DNA of 43,786 bases from Spirochaetales bacterium (GCA_036769135.1 DAIPLR010000002.1:4797-48582), one strand, 5' to 3'; positions 9,416 to 19,319 are shown, numbered from the stretch's first letter. Notes: generated by a model from the letters alone, not told the origin. Numbers and translations are program-made.

Positions 9416-10321
9416 ATGCGTGACTTTATATTAATCTTGCCTTCCGTCCTCATGATGGCGGCTCCCATACTCATCGCCGCCATGGGCGGCCTCGTGTCCG
9501 AGCGCTCGGGCGTCTCGAATATCGCGCTCGAGGGCCTCATGGGCATCGGCGCCTTTACCGCGGCGACCGCCCATTACTTCATGGAGGCGGGCGCGGGGCC
9601 GGCCTCGGTGTGGCTGGCCCTGGCCTTCGGCCTCTTGGCGGGCATGGCCGTGTCGCTCATACACGCCTTCGCCTCGGTCAGCCTCGGCGCCGACCAGGTT
9701 ATCTCGGGCACGGGCATCAACCTCCTGGCCATAGGCGTGCCGGTATTCCTATCGCAGATCATCTTCCGCATGGAGCGTACCCAGCCCTTCCGCATCGGCA
9801 TGATGCCCGGCCCCGGCGGCGTCTACCCGACGGCCTACGTCGCCCTCGTCGTCGTCCTCCTCACCTGGTACGTCCTCTACAAGCGCCCCCTGGGCCTTAG
9901 GCTCCGGGCTTGCGGCGAGCATCCGCAGGCGGCGGCCGGCGCCGGTATAGACGTGAGGGCGATGCGCTACGGCGCGGTCCTGGCCTCAGGCGCCCTAGCC
10001 GGCCTGGCCGGCGCTTGCCTGGTCCTTACGCAGACCATCCAGTACACGCAGAACACCATCAACGGCGCCGGCTTCATAGCCTTAGCCGCCGTGTCGTTCG
10101 GTCGCTGGCTGCCCAAGGGCGTGACCGGCGCCTCGCTACTCTTTGGCGGCGCGGTCGCGCTGGCCATCTACATGGTTAACGTGGAGGCGTTGCGGCGCTT
10201 GCCGCCCGAGTTCTTCAGCGTACTGCCCTACCTGATAACCCTCGTTACCCTCGTGGCCTTCTCGGGCAAGGACTGGGCGCCCCAGGCGATAGGCAAGGCC
10301 TTCGACAAGGGTAGGAGCTAG
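9416..10321 (+). CDS. ABC transporter permease (second subunit)
   Basis: It is a multi-TM protein 4 nt after the previous permease. Confidence 0.8.
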   Translation: MRDFILILPSVLMMAAPILIAAMGGLVSERSGVSNIALEGLMGIGAFTAATAHYFMEAGAGPASVWLALAFGLLAGMAVSLIHAFASVSLGADQVISGTGINLLAIGVPVFLSQIIFRMERTQPFRIGMMPGPGGVYPTAYVALVVVLLTWYVLYKRPLGLRLRACGEHPQAAAGAGIDVRAMRYGAVLASGALAGLAGACLVLTQTIQYTQNTINGAGFIALAAVSFGRWLPKGVTGASLLFGGAVALAIYMVNVEALRRLPPEFFSVLPYLITLVTLVAFSGKDWAPQAIGKAFDKGRS

Positions 10322-10323
10322 CG

Positions 10324-10950
10324 GTGGAGCTACGCGATGCGATCGAGGCCCGCTGGGCCTGCAAGCTCTACGACGCCGCGGCCCCGCTCACGCGCGACGA
10401 CGAGGACGCCATCCTGGAGGCCGGTCGCCTTACGCCCACGTCCTTCGGCCTGGAGCATTGGCGCTTCGTCTCCGTCCGCGACGAGGCCCTGAAGATGAAG
10501 CTCTTCGGCGCCTGCTTCATGCAGGAGGGCGTGCGCACGGCGCCGCTCACGGTAATCATGCTGGTCAGGACAGCCCGCTTCTATGCGCCTGACTCAGACT
10601 TCGTGAAGGCGCGGGCCGCCCGTTTTCCCGGCGGCCACCCGGTCTTCGTAGACGATTACCGCGGCTACTACGAGTTCCTATCGTCCCGCGGCGAGCTCGA
10701 GTACTGGGCCCGCTCCCAGGCCTACCTGGCCTGCGCCGCGATGATGTACGCGGCGGCCGACCGCGGCTACGCCTCCTGCGCCATCGAGGGCTACGACGAG
10801 GCCAAGGTCATGGACGCCCTTTCCGACCACCTGGCGGGCTTCGACCGCGCGGACTGGCGGGTCGGCATACTTTGCACTTTCGGTCGGCCCGGCGAGCCGC
10901 GCCGCGAGCGTATCCGCGAGCCGCTCGAGGAGCTCGTCACCAGGATATAA
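10324..10950 (+). CDS. NAD(P)H nitroreductase family protein (probable GTG start)
   Basis: The nitroreductase-like N-terminus (LRDAIEARWACKLYD) and overall size fit. The GTG lies 2 nt after the upstream stop. Confidence 0.7.
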   Translation: MELRDAIEARWACKLYDAAAPLTRDDEDAILEAGRLTPTSFGLEHWRFVSVRDEALKMKLFGACFMQEGVRTAPLTVIMLVRTARFYAPDSDFVKARAARFPGGHPVFVDDYRGYYEFLSSRGELEYWARSQAYLACAAMMYAAADRGYASCAIEGYDEAKVMDALSDHLAGFDRADWRVGILCTFGRPGEPRRERIREPLEELVTRI

Positions 10951-10989
10951 GCGGGCCATGACCGGTGCCCAGGGCGGCGAGGAGGCGAT

Positions 10990-11550
10990 ATGGACCTGAT
11001 CGGCAGCTTCTTAGGCGGGCGCCTCGTCGTCGCCGTGGGCGATATATGCGATTTCCAAGGCGACGCGATCGTGAACGCGGCCAACTCGGCCCTGGCCGGC
11101 GGCGGCGGCGTGGACGGCGCGATACACCGCGCGGCCGGCCCGGAATTGGCGGCGGACTGCAAGGCCTTGCGTGACGGGCCCCTGGCGGACGGCCTGCCCG
11201 CCGGCCGCGCGGTCGCCACGACGGCCGGCCGGCTGAAACTCAAGGCCGTTATCCATGCCGTAGGCCCGATCTGGCGCGGCGGCTCGGCCGACGAGGAGCG
11301 CCTGCTCTACGAGGCCTACCGCTCCGCCCTCGCCCTGGCCGAGAAAGAAGGCTGGGAGAGGGTCGCCTTCCCGGCCATATCCACCGGCGTATACGGCTTC
11401 CCTAAGGAACGAGCGGCCGAGCTGTCCTATAAGGCCGTCAGGGAGCATTGCGAGGCGGCGGCGCTGCCCCGCGAGCTCTACTTCGTCTTCTTCTCGGCGG
11501 CCGACGGCGAGCTCTTCAGGGGCTACGCCGCCGGCCGGGAAAGCTCCTAG
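10990..11550 (+). CDS. macro domain protein (MacroD/YmdB-like ADP-ribose / O-acetyl-ADP-ribose hydrolase)
   Basis: The hallmark macro motifs are present: VVAVGDICDFQGDAIVNAANSALAGGGGVDGAIHRAAG and AFPAISTGVYGFP. Confidence 0.85.
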   Translation: MDLIGSFLGGRLVVAVGDICDFQGDAIVNAANSALAGGGGVDGAIHRAAGPELAADCKALRDGPLADGLPAGRAVATTAGRLKLKAVIHAVGPIWRGGSADEERLLYEAYRSALALAEKEGWERVAFPAISTGVYGFPKERAAELSYKAVREHCEAAALPRELYFVFFSAADGELFRGYAAGRESS

Positions 11551-11554
11551 CGGC

Positions 11555-12784
11555 ATGCTCGAGCTCGGCGCGCGCGAGGCCGCGGAGCTCGCCTTCGGCG
11601 CCTCCTTCGATGTACCGGAGCCCCCGGGCGGAGCCGCCGCTTCCGATACCTCCTCCGCGGCCCGGGCCGCGGCCGCGCTCCGACGTATCGGCCACGTCCA
11701 GATCGACACCATCTCGGTGGTCGAGCGCGCCCACCACCACGTCCTATGGTCCCGCGACCGCTCGTACCGGCCCCCGGCGCTCGACGCGCTGCAGCTTTCG
11801 CAGCCCAGGCGCGCCTTCGAGTACTGGGCCCACGCCGCCGCCTACCTCCCTATAGAGGACTATCGTTACTGCCTACCGCGGATGCGGCGGGTCGAGGCCT
11901 CGGGTCACGAATGGTTCCCCCACGACCGGCGCATCGTAGAGGCGGTCATCGACAGGCTACGGGCCGAAGGGCCGCTACGCTCCCAGGATTTTGAAAGCGA
12001 AGGTAAACGCGGCCCCTGGTGGGACTGGAAACCCGCCAAGGCGGCGCTGGAGTACCTCTTCCATGCGGGTACGCTGATCGTGCTCTGGCGACCCGGCTTC
12101 CAGAAGCTCTACGACTTGGCCGAACGCGGCTTGCCGCCCGGCCTGGACCTTCGCTACCCCGACGAAGAAGAGATGGCAGATTATTACCTGGGCCTCGCGG
12201 CCGCCGGGTACGGCGTCTTCTCGCGCTCCGACCTAGCCTATATGAGGAAGGACGCCGTCGGCGGCGTCGACGCCGCGATCGAGCGCGCGGTCGAGGGCGG
12301 GACTTTGGTTCCGGTCGTCGTGAGGCCGGAGGGCGCCGAGGGCCGCCCCTGGAAAGGCTGGGCGGCGCCACGCTATCTGGAGGCAGCGGGGAAGACGGTC
12401 CGCCGGGGGGCGGATGCCCGCCCCATGCGCATACTCTCGCCCTTCGATAACGCTATCATCGACAGGAAGCGCGCCAAGCGCGTCTTCGGCTTGGACTATA
12501 CGATCGAATGCTACGTTCCCGCCGCCAAGCGGCGCTTCGGCTACTTCGCGCTGCCGATTTTCTATGGCTCGACGCCCGTCGGCCTTATCGACTGCAAGGC
12601 CGATCGCAAGGCCAAGGCGCTTCGGGCTCTTCGCTGCGAGCTGCTCGGCCGGACCTGGGCCGGGCCGGCGATGACGGCCGTTCAGGACGGCGCCGCGACG
12701 GACTGCGGGCTCTACGAAAGCCTCTATGACGAGCTCCTCGCCTACGCCGCCTTCAACGGCTGCGAGTCGCTACGCTGGGATTGA
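11555..12784 (+). CDS. YcaQ/AlkZ-like winged-helix DNA-binding protein (DUF1006; DNA glycosylase family)
   Basis: The C-terminal region ILSPFDNAIIDRKRAKRVFGLDYTIECYVPAAKRRFGYFALPIFYG...GLIDCKADRK matches the conserved YcaQ family core. It starts 5 nt after the macro gene. Confidence 0.6.
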   Translation: MLELGAREAAELAFGASFDVPEPPGGAAASDTSSAARAAAALRRIGHVQIDTISVVERAHHHVLWSRDRSYRPPALDALQLSQPRRAFEYWAHAAAYLPIEDYRYCLPRMRRVEASGHEWFPHDRRIVEAVIDRLRAEGPLRSQDFESEGKRGPWWDWKPAKAALEYLFHAGTLIVLWRPGFQKLYDLAERGLPPGLDLRYPDEEEMADYYLGLAAAGYGVFSRSDLAYMRKDAVGGVDAAIERAVEGGTLVPVVVRPEGAEGRPWKGWAAPRYLEAAGKTVRRGADARPMRILSPFDNAIIDRKRAKRVFGLDYTIECYVPAAKRRFGYFALPIFYGSTPVGLIDCKADRKAKALRALRCELLGRTWAGPAMTAVQDGAATDCGLYESLYDELLAYAAFNGCESLRWD

Positions 12785-12891
12785 CGGCCTGCGCCTTCCC
12801 GCGCCGCGGCGAGCCGCTCGGCGCGTCTCCCGCTCGAAGGCTCGTCGTCGGGTGAAAATATCGACCCGACGTTGCTTCCCGCCATCCCTCG

Positions 12892-13740
12892 TTGTATGGT
12901 TACGATAACGGAGGCGGCATGCGCAGGCAGGTTCGGAACTCGGCACTCAGGATAGCGGGGCTTTACGCCGCCATATCGTTCGTTTGGATCCTCTTGTCCG
13001 ACCGCGTCGCCGCCGCCTTGGCAGAGGATCTCGTGGGCCTCGAGCTTTTCCAGACCCTGAAGGGCCTCTTTTTCGTAAGCGCCACCGCGATCGCCCTCTT
13101 CCTCTACGCCCGCAGCCAGATGAAGGCTCTCATGGCCGCCCAGCTCATGAGGGAGCGCGAGGCGTTGGCCGCCTTGGCCGAACGCGAGGAGCTCGTCCGG
13201 GAGATCCACCACCGGGTTAAGAATAACCTGCAGGTGATAGTCAGCCTCATGAATTTGGGGGGCGAGGGCGACCGCGAATCGCTCAAGGATAAGGTGCGCT
13301 CTATGGCTTTGGTCCATGAGTTCCTCTATCAAGCCCAGGACCTGCGCGCCATCGAGGCCAAGAGGTTCATCGAGGCATGCGTACGATCCTCGTCCCTTTC
13401 GCCCGGCCTCGGCTCGGTCGAGGTCGAGGCGGACGAGCTGAGCTTGAGCATCGAACAAGCCGTGCCCTTAGGGCTCTTCTTGAGCGAGGCGATAGAGAAC
13501 GCCAGGCGTCATGCCGGTCACGGGGCTCGGGCTAAGGTCACGCTGAGCCGCGGAGCGGGAGTGGCTACCCTTGAGATACGCGACGACGGGGCCGGCTTCG
13601 GCGAGGCCGATCCCGCCGGCTTAGGCGGCACCGGCTTCACGCTCATGCGCGCCTTGGCGGAGCAGGCGAAGGGAAACCTATTCGCACGGGACGAGGGCGG
13701 CGCGGTCGTGGGTTACCGCTTCCCCCTCGCCGTGAGCTAG
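12892..13740 (+). CDS. sensor histidine kinase, HisKA_2 type (two N-terminal TM helices, HHRVKNNLQ H-box, HATPase)
   Basis: It has the motif EIHHRVKNNLQVIVSLMNL and a C-terminal ATPase region (LSEAIENARRHAGHG...DDGAGF). An SD GGAGG precedes it. Confidence 0.75.
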   Translation: MYGYDNGGGMRRQVRNSALRIAGLYAAISFVWILLSDRVAAALAEDLVGLELFQTLKGLFFVSATAIALFLYARSQMKALMAAQLMREREALAALAEREELVREIHHRVKNNLQVIVSLMNLGGEGDRESLKDKVRSMALVHEFLYQAQDLRAIEAKRFIEACVRSSSLSPGLGSVEVEADELSLSIEQAVPLGLFLSEAIENARRHAGHGARAKVTLSRGAGVATLEIRDDGAGFGEADPAGLGGTGFTLMRALAEQAKGNLFARDEGGAVVGYRFPLAVS

Positions 13741-14984
13741 CGGCTTTCCCAGGCCGATACGATCCTGGAGACCTCGACGCGGGCTCGGTCTACGGCCCCC
13801 GTATTCGCGGCGCCGCCCGCGGCTAGGAGGGCGTCGACGGCCGCGCCGAGCTCGGCCTGGCGGGCGGCGAGCTCCGCGGCGAAGGCTGCGGCCAGCTCGG
13901 GCTTCTTTGCCGCGGCGCCGGCCGCCTTCCGGCGTCGCTCCCAGTAGCCGGCCGCCCTGGCGTCGTCGCCCAGCGGATAGCCTTCCCACAGTTGGACGAA
14001 GCCGCCGTCGATCAGCGCGGGCTTGAACAGGTTCAGGCAGGGGTACGAGGCGCCGGTGAACCAGGCTATCGCCGCTCCCCCGGCCCGCCGCTCCAGCAGC
14101 ATGGAGCCGGTCGTCGCGTTGCCCCAATTGTCCCGGTCGTGGCAGCAGACGTTCCTGGCGCGGGACGGTTCGGCGGGGTCGGGCGCCGCATGGGCGCGTA
14201 GGACGGCGAAGGCCGCCTGCCTGCCGCCGCCTGATGCCGCCGCCGCCGCCAGGACGGACTCGAGCGCCCGCCGCCTGGATTCTCCGGCGGTCATGCGGGC
14301 CATGAAGCGGTCGGCCACGTAGGCCTTCCACGACTCCTTATCGGCTAAGCGCCCGGCGTCGGCCTCGTCCAGGCAGGCCATACGTTCGTTGACCGGCGCG
14401 ATGGCCTTGCGTGTGGCCGGGTCCAGGCGCTTATAGTCGGCTTCGAGGCTATAGGCGTTGGATATCGCGGCCGGGCCCTCGAGCTGCTTCCAGGCCCAGC
14501 GCTTCCCGGCCGTCTCCAGCACGTAGGCGCCGTCGGGGCCCCCGATCAGGTAGCTGTTGTCGTAGACGAGCTTGCCTTTATAGGCGCCGTTGCCGCCCTG
14601 GTCGTAGCGCTCGGTCAGGGCGATGAGCGCGTCGCGCGCGGATTCGGCCGAGTCGGCGTGGGCAAGCGCCGCCCTGAGGAAGTCCATGCCTAAGACGCCG
14701 TCGGCGGGGCGCTTGAAGCGCGAGAACACGGCCTCGTTTCCTATCGCGACGCCGCGTTCGTTCACGCCCATCTCGGCGCCCTGCATCCAGGCCGGGCAGG
14801 AGAGGAGGAGGGCGTAGCCCTTATCATCAAGTTCGAAGCGCCGCGACCCTACGGTGATCGACGCGCTCGGCTCGCGCTCGGCTATGGCCCTGATCACTTG
14901 GGCCTCGGCGGGGTTCCTATCTGAGTTTTTGCCGAAGAAGCTCCCTTCGGCGGCGGGCATAAAGAAGGTGTCGCACATAAGCAC
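13737..14984 (-). CDS. peptidase C69 family (secernin-like Ntn-hydrolase dipeptidase)
   Basis: The N-terminus MCDTFF...FGKNSDRNP...SCPAWMQGAEMGVNERGVAIGNEAV aligns with secernin/C69 (CDTF...GKNSDR...RPAWLWGAEMGANEHGV). Cys is the Ntn nucleophile, and the true start is probably the third codon. Confidence 0.7.
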   Translation of the reverse strand: MLMCDTFFMPAAEGSFFGKNSDRNPAEAQVIRAIAEREPSASITVGSRRFELDDKGYALLLSCPAWMQGAEMGVNERGVAIGNEAVFSRFKRPADGVLGMDFLRAALAHADSAESARDALIALTERYDQGGNGAYKGKLVYDNSYLIGGPDGAYVLETAGKRWAWKQLEGPAAISNAYSLEADYKRLDPATRKAIAPVNERMACLDEADAGRLADKESWKAYVADRFMARMTAGESRRRALESVLAAAAASGGGRQAAFAVLRAHAAPDPAEPSRARNVCCHDRDNWGNATTGSMLLERRAGGAAIAWFTGASYPCLNLFKPALIDGGFVQLWEGYPLGDDARAAGYWERRRKAAGAAAKKPELAAAFAAELAARQAELGAAVDALLAAGGAANTGAVDRARVEVSRIVSAWESR

Positions 14985-15110
14985 CTAGTATCGCGCCGGC
15001 GGGCCGCGGCCGCAAGTGGCCCGCTCCGATTTGTAACCCGCCTAAGGCCGGCGGCCAGACGCGTTTATTATCCTGGCGCGTTCCGCTCCGGCGGCTTACA
15101 ATGGACGCGT

Positions 15111-16733
15111 ATGCATTCCATCCATGATCGCCTCGGCGCGCGCGTCGCCTATACCTTGGCCGCCGTCCTCCTCGTCTTAGGCGCGGTTCAAGCCGCGATA
15201 CTCGGCGTATCCACGGCCGCGAGCTACGAGGCGATCGAGGCCCAAATCAGCGCCGAGGATCTGGCTAGGCTCGAGGCGGCCTTCGCCGCGGAGCTGCAGG
15301 CCCTAGCGGATATAGCGAGGGAATTCGGCGCCTGGGACGATACCCGCGCCTTCGTCGAAGGGCGCGCGCCCGATTATCCCGACTCGACCTTCAGCCCGGC
15401 ATGGCTGGGCCAGATCGCGCTCGACAGCATCCTTATCTGCGATCTAGACGCCCGCGTCGTTTGGGCCTGGCATGCGCGTCCCGGCTCGGCGCTGACGGAA
15501 GGCGTCGCCCTCGGGTCCTTGCCGACCGGCGTCGAACCCGTCCCCGTATCGGCCTACGACCTAAGCCGCGGCGAGCCCGTAGCGGTCGCCGCCTGGCCTA
15601 TCACCAGTAACGATTTCCTGGCGCCGCCGGTCGGCTGGTTCGTGATGACGCGGACCTTCGGCCAGGCCATGCTCGGGCGCATCGAGAGCCGTACCGGCCT
15701 CAGGTCCGAAGGCGTCTTCGCCCAAGCCCCCATCCCCGACGGCGAGCGCCTCGGCGAAGGCGGCGTAGCGGCGAGCTACCGGGACGAGCTCGGAAGGCGC
15801 ATTTTATCCCTGGCTATACTGAATCGGCGGGGCGAGGAGCTCGGCTATAGCTCCTGGTCCAGGCCGCGGCGCCTCGACCCCGTGCTCGGTCGCACCATAG
15901 CGGGCATCACGATCATGACCCTCGTTTCGTCGCTCATCTCCGCGCTCATCCTGATTTGGGTGCTGCGCGGCCTCGTGGTCCGGCCTTTGGAGCTCATCAG
16001 CGCCCACCTGGAGCGCAGCGAGCGGGAGGGGCGCGTCGGCGGGCGGCTCGGGCTCGGCGGCGCGGCGGGGCGCCTGGACGAGCTCGGAGCGGCCGCCGAC
16101 CATATAGACGCCATGCTCGAGGCTTTGGAACGCCGCCGTGACGAGCTCGAGCTGGCCAACGCCGAGCTCAAACGCCTGGCGGCCACCGACCCCTTGACCG
16201 GCTTGGCCAATCGCCGGAGCTTCAACGAGCACGTCGGCAAGGAGATGCGCAGGCTGGCGCGGCTCCACAGGCAACGCTCGCAGAGCTTCACGAGCGCCGT
16301 CCTCCTCTGCGATATCGATTACTTCAAGGCCTTTAACGACCTCTACGGCCATCTGGCGGGCGACGCCTGCCTCAAGGCCATAGCCCTGGCTATCGCGGGC
16401 GAGGTGCATAGGCCAGGCGACATAGCCTGCCGCTACGGCGGGGAGGAGTTCCTTATCCTCCTGCCGGGTACGAACCTGGAGGGCGCCCTCGTCGTGGCCG
16501 AACGCGTCAGGCTCGCCGTCAAGCAACTGGGCATTCCGCACGGCGGATCGACGGCCTCGGAGGCGGTTACCATGAGCATCGGCGTGGCCGTCTCCCGTTT
16601 CGAGGCCGACGGCCCGAGCATGGAACGGGCGATCAGCGCCGCGGATCAGGCCCTCTACAAGGCGAAACAAAACGGGCGCGACCGCGTGGCGGTAGCGCCC
16701 GAAGAATCGTCCGAACTAGGACCCGAGGATTAG
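15111..16733 (+). CDS. diguanylate cyclase (GGDEF) with N-terminal TM-bounded extracytoplasmic sensor domain and HAMP-like linker
   Basis: It has an N-terminal TM and a second TM around residue 270. A coiled-coil linker is followed by a GGDEF domain with intact RYGGEEF and DxLTGLxNRR. Confidence 0.85.
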   Translation: MHSIHDRLGARVAYTLAAVLLVLGAVQAAILGVSTAASYEAIEAQISAEDLARLEAAFAAELQALADIAREFGAWDDTRAFVEGRAPDYPDSTFSPAWLGQIALDSILICDLDARVVWAWHARPGSALTEGVALGSLPTGVEPVPVSAYDLSRGEPVAVAAWPITSNDFLAPPVGWFVMTRTFGQAMLGRIESRTGLRSEGVFAQAPIPDGERLGEGGVAASYRDELGRRILSLAILNRRGEELGYSSWSRPRRLDPVLGRTIAGITIMTLVSSLISALILIWVLRGLVVRPLELISAHLERSEREGRVGGRLGLGGAAGRLDELGAAADHIDAMLEALERRRDELELANAELKRLAATDPLTGLANRRSFNEHVGKEMRRLARLHRQRSQSFTSAVLLCDIDYFKAFNDLYGHLAGDACLKAIALAIAGEVHRPGDIACRYGGEEFLILLPGTNLEGALVVAERVRLAVKQLGIPHGGSTASEAVTMSIGVAVSRFEADGPSMERAISAADQALYKAKQNGRDRVAVAPEESSELGPED

Positions 16734-16754
16734 GGGCGCCGACGACCGGCGCCC
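16734..16754. terminator. GC hairpin (GGGCGCCG-acgac-CGGCGCCC) between convergent GGDEF and ferritin genes; possible bidirectional terminator
   Basis: It is a perfect 8-bp stem with no clear U-tract. Confidence 0.3.
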
Positions 16755-16761
16755 GCGCGGA

Positions 16762-17292
16762 TTAATCCTCCCCGCCGAGCGAGGTGAAGTCGAGGGGGAT
16801 GGAGGGCTTGCGCTTGCCGAGCTCGATGTTGAGCATGAACACGCCCTGCTTGCCGTCGCCTAAGAGCTCCAGGGTCTGCAGGATGTCGGTGGCGTTCTTC
16901 TCCTCCTCGACCTGCTCGTTGACGTACCAGCGGACGAGGTTCTCGGTGGCGTAGTCCTTCTCGGCCAGGGCCAGCTCGAGGAGCTCCCTGATGCTCGCGG
17001 TCACGAACTTCTCGTGCTCGAGCGTGGCTTCGAAGAATTCCTTGACGGTCTTAGCCTTTATCTCCGGCTTGTCGATCTGGGCCAGGGTCGGCGAGGCGCC
17101 CTGGTCGATCAGGTAGCCGTAGAGCTTCATGGCGTGGAACATCTCCTCGTGGTACTGCACCATGAGCCAGTTCGCGACGCCGTTGTAGCCCTGCTCGGCC
17201 ATTTTGGCCGACATCGCCATGTACAGGTAGGCGGAGTACATCTCGCGGTTGATTTGTAGGTTTATCCTGTCGACGATTTTCTTAGAAAGCAT
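16762..17292 (-). CDS. ferritin (non-haem, Ftn-like)
   Basis: The ferritin di-iron site pattern is present (INREMYSAYLYMAMS...EEMFHAMKLYGYL...EHEKFVT), and the protein is 176 aa. Confidence 0.85.
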   Translation of the reverse strand: MLSKKIVDRINLQINREMYSAYLYMAMSAKMAEQGYNGVANWLMVQYHEEMFHAMKLYGYLIDQGASPTLAQIDKPEIKAKTVKEFFEATLEHEKFVTASIRELLELALAEKDYATENLVRWYVNEQVEEEKNATDILQTLELLGDGKQGVFMLNIELGKRKPSIPLDFTSLGGED

Positions 17293-17394
17293 ATGAAGCG
17301 CTCCTTTCAGTGCTTTAGATCCGTATGCGACGGGCCATCGAGCCCGCCGGATACATGATACTGCTAATCGGCTTCCCGGGCAAATCAGCCGCCT

Positions 17395-18255
17395 TTAGCA
17401 TAGTTCGAAGCTGGCGATATAGCGTAGCGGAGGCGTCGCCGGGACTGGATCGGCGTCGAGCCTACGCCAGGAGCCCTTGACGCCGACGGCCCCGGCGCCT
17501 ATCTCCAGGTGTCGCATGGCGATGCCGGCGTCCATGTCCTGCAGGACTATGCCGGGTATGGCCCTGCTGTAGAGCGCGTCCTCCATGAGGTATAGATGGT
17601 ACGCATCGCCGCCGCGCGCGCCGCCGGCGCGAATGATACGCCACGGCTGCTTATTCGAGGCGGAGGGGCCGCGGCGGACGGCTTCGAGGGCGGTGGCCAC
17701 GGGGTCGCCTTGGTCCAGCGGCCTATCCCAAGCGCCGGCGAAGAAGAGCTCGCCGAAGGGCTTGCGTGACGACGAACGGGCGGAGAACCGTATGAGCCTA
17801 TCGGCCAGGCTCGCGTTTTCGGCGGGATAGCCTACGGGGGTGATGGCCGGCACGAGCTCGTCCGTTTTTAACCCCAAGGCCGCCCCCGAAGCCTTACGGT
17901 CGAAGATGCCTCCCAGCCAGCAGGTCCCTAAGCCCAGGGCGGCGGCGCTAAGGATTATGCCTTCAAGCAGGTAGCCGTAGTCTACGAAGGCCAGGGGGCC
18001 GGGCTTAACGCAGCCCACGATATAGGCCGGCGCGCCTTTGATGACGCCGTAGGTACCGATCCGACCGGACTTCAAGGCGGATCCGCCGGCGAACTCGGGG
18101 CCGACGAGGGCGAAGCGCGCCGCCGTCCCGAAGGGGGCCGAGCCGGGGGCGGCGACGAGCTCGGCCAGCGCGTCGCGCTCGGTCGCGGCGATGGCTTTCG
18201 GTAGATAGCTGCGCGTCGAACGGCGCGCCATGACGGTTTCGATGCTTATCTTCAT
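17395..18255 (-). CDS. nitroreductase-family protein (two half-domains, SagB/McbC-like size)
   Basis: It carries the RRSTRSY motif and has a second nitroreductase-like half with SASNKQPW. Confidence 0.6.
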   Translation of the reverse strand: MKISIETVMARRSTRSYLPKAIAATERDALAELVAAPGSAPFGTAARFALVGPEFAGGSALKSGRIGTYGVIKGAPAYIVGCVKPGPLAFVDYGYLLEGIILSAAALGLGTCWLGGIFDRKASGAALGLKTDELVPAITPVGYPAENASLADRLIRFSARSSSRKPFGELFFAGAWDRPLDQGDPVATALEAVRRGPSASNKQPWRIIRAGGARGGDAYHLYLMEDALYSRAIPGIVLQDMDAGIAMRHLEIGAGAVGVKGSWRRLDADPVPATPPLRYIASFELC

Positions 18256-18323
18256 AGACCTAAGGATAACGCTTCGCCGGCGCCGGGACTAGGCCGCCTC
18301 GCCGTCTGCGCCCCGCTTCGCCC

Positions 18324-19319
18324 CTAAGCCTTGATCGCGACCCCGAGGGAGGCCAGCTCGCCGACCGTCTCCAGCCCCGCGGGGGCGGCCCGGCCTTCGA
18401 ACAGGAGCGAGCCGCCCCTCTCGAGCCGTACCGTCATGACGGCGTCCACCGACTCGGCGATGCGCCGCTCCATGGAACCGGCTACGGGCGCGAGGAGCAG
18501 GCCTCCCCGGCCGCGCTCGAGGCCTAGAGCAAGGCGCTCGTCTCCCTGAGCTAGCTCGATCTCTATGCGCGCGTCCGAGGCTTCCGCGCGGGCGATGCGG
18601 GCGCCCGTCCAGCTGGCCCAGACGCGGACCGGCGCCTCGGCGGCCGGCCTGCCGGCCTCGGGTAGCCTGGCTGCGCAGAGGAAGCCGGGGAAGCTCCCCC
18701 CCAGCCAGGGTATGTTGGCCAGCGAGAACATGAGGGAGGCGCCGGGCTCGTCGAAGCCGTTGGATTGGGTCCAAATCCAGGCCGAGGGCATGGAGCTGCC
18801 CCAGTCCTTCTCAATATAGCCGCGTCCCCGCCCCAGCTCGAGGCGCTCGCCGCCGGGCTCTATCCAGCCGGCGACCTCATGGTCGAGCGACACGAGCCCG
18901 TGCCGGCACTCCATGAAGGGGACGAAGCTGTACGGCCCCATGATGCCGGGGCGCCAGGGCCGAGAGGGGAAGGGCGTCGTCGGCCCGTAGCGTAGCGAGG
19001 CCTTGAGGCGGCCGTCGGGGCCGTCCAGGTCCAGCTCGACGCCGCCTAGGCTGAAACGATTGGGCCCGACCGCGAGCTCGAGCCGCTTCGGGTGGCAAGA
19101 GAAGGAATCGAAGGGGAACGCATACCAGCGCGTGCGCCCGCTTGAGCCGTCGATGGCTTGGACGAAGGCCCGCTTAGAGCCGCCGTCGGCGCTTATCGAG
19201 ATCCCGGGTATGAAAGACCAGGCTCGGCCGTCCTCGGCGACCTGTTTGAAGTACCAGCCTTCGAAGTAGCGGCGGCGCCTACCGGCGCCTTGGAACAGGT
19301 TCGGTTGAAAGAGGGGCAT
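18324..19319 (-). CDS. tocopherol-cyclase-like protein (VTE1/SXD1 family, bacterial homologue of unknown function)
   Basis: The N-terminal motif RRRRYFEGWYFKQV matches the tocopherol cyclase signature RRFFEGWYFKV. Confidence 0.6.
   Translation of the reverse strand: MPLFQPNLFQGAGRRRRYFEGWYFKQVAEDGRAWSFIPGISISADGGSKRAFVQAIDGSSGRTRWYAFPFDSFSCHPKRLELAVGPNRFSLGGVELDLDGPDGRLKASLRYGPTTPFPSRPWRPGIMGPYSFVPFMECRHGLVSLDHEVAGWIEPGGERLELGRGRGYIEKDWGSSMPSAWIWTQSNGFDEPGASLMFSLANIPWLGGSFPGFLCAARLPEAGRPAAEAPVRVWASWTGARIARAEASDARIEIELAQGDERLALGLERGRGGLLLAPVAGSMERRIAESVDAVMTVRLERGGSLLFEGRAAPAGLETVGELASLGVAIKA

Noticed and set aside
17293-17394. Looked for a Fur/PerR box upstream of the ferritin gene.
   Set aside because: There is only a weak ATGATActgctAATC resemblance and no convincing 19-bp palindrome.
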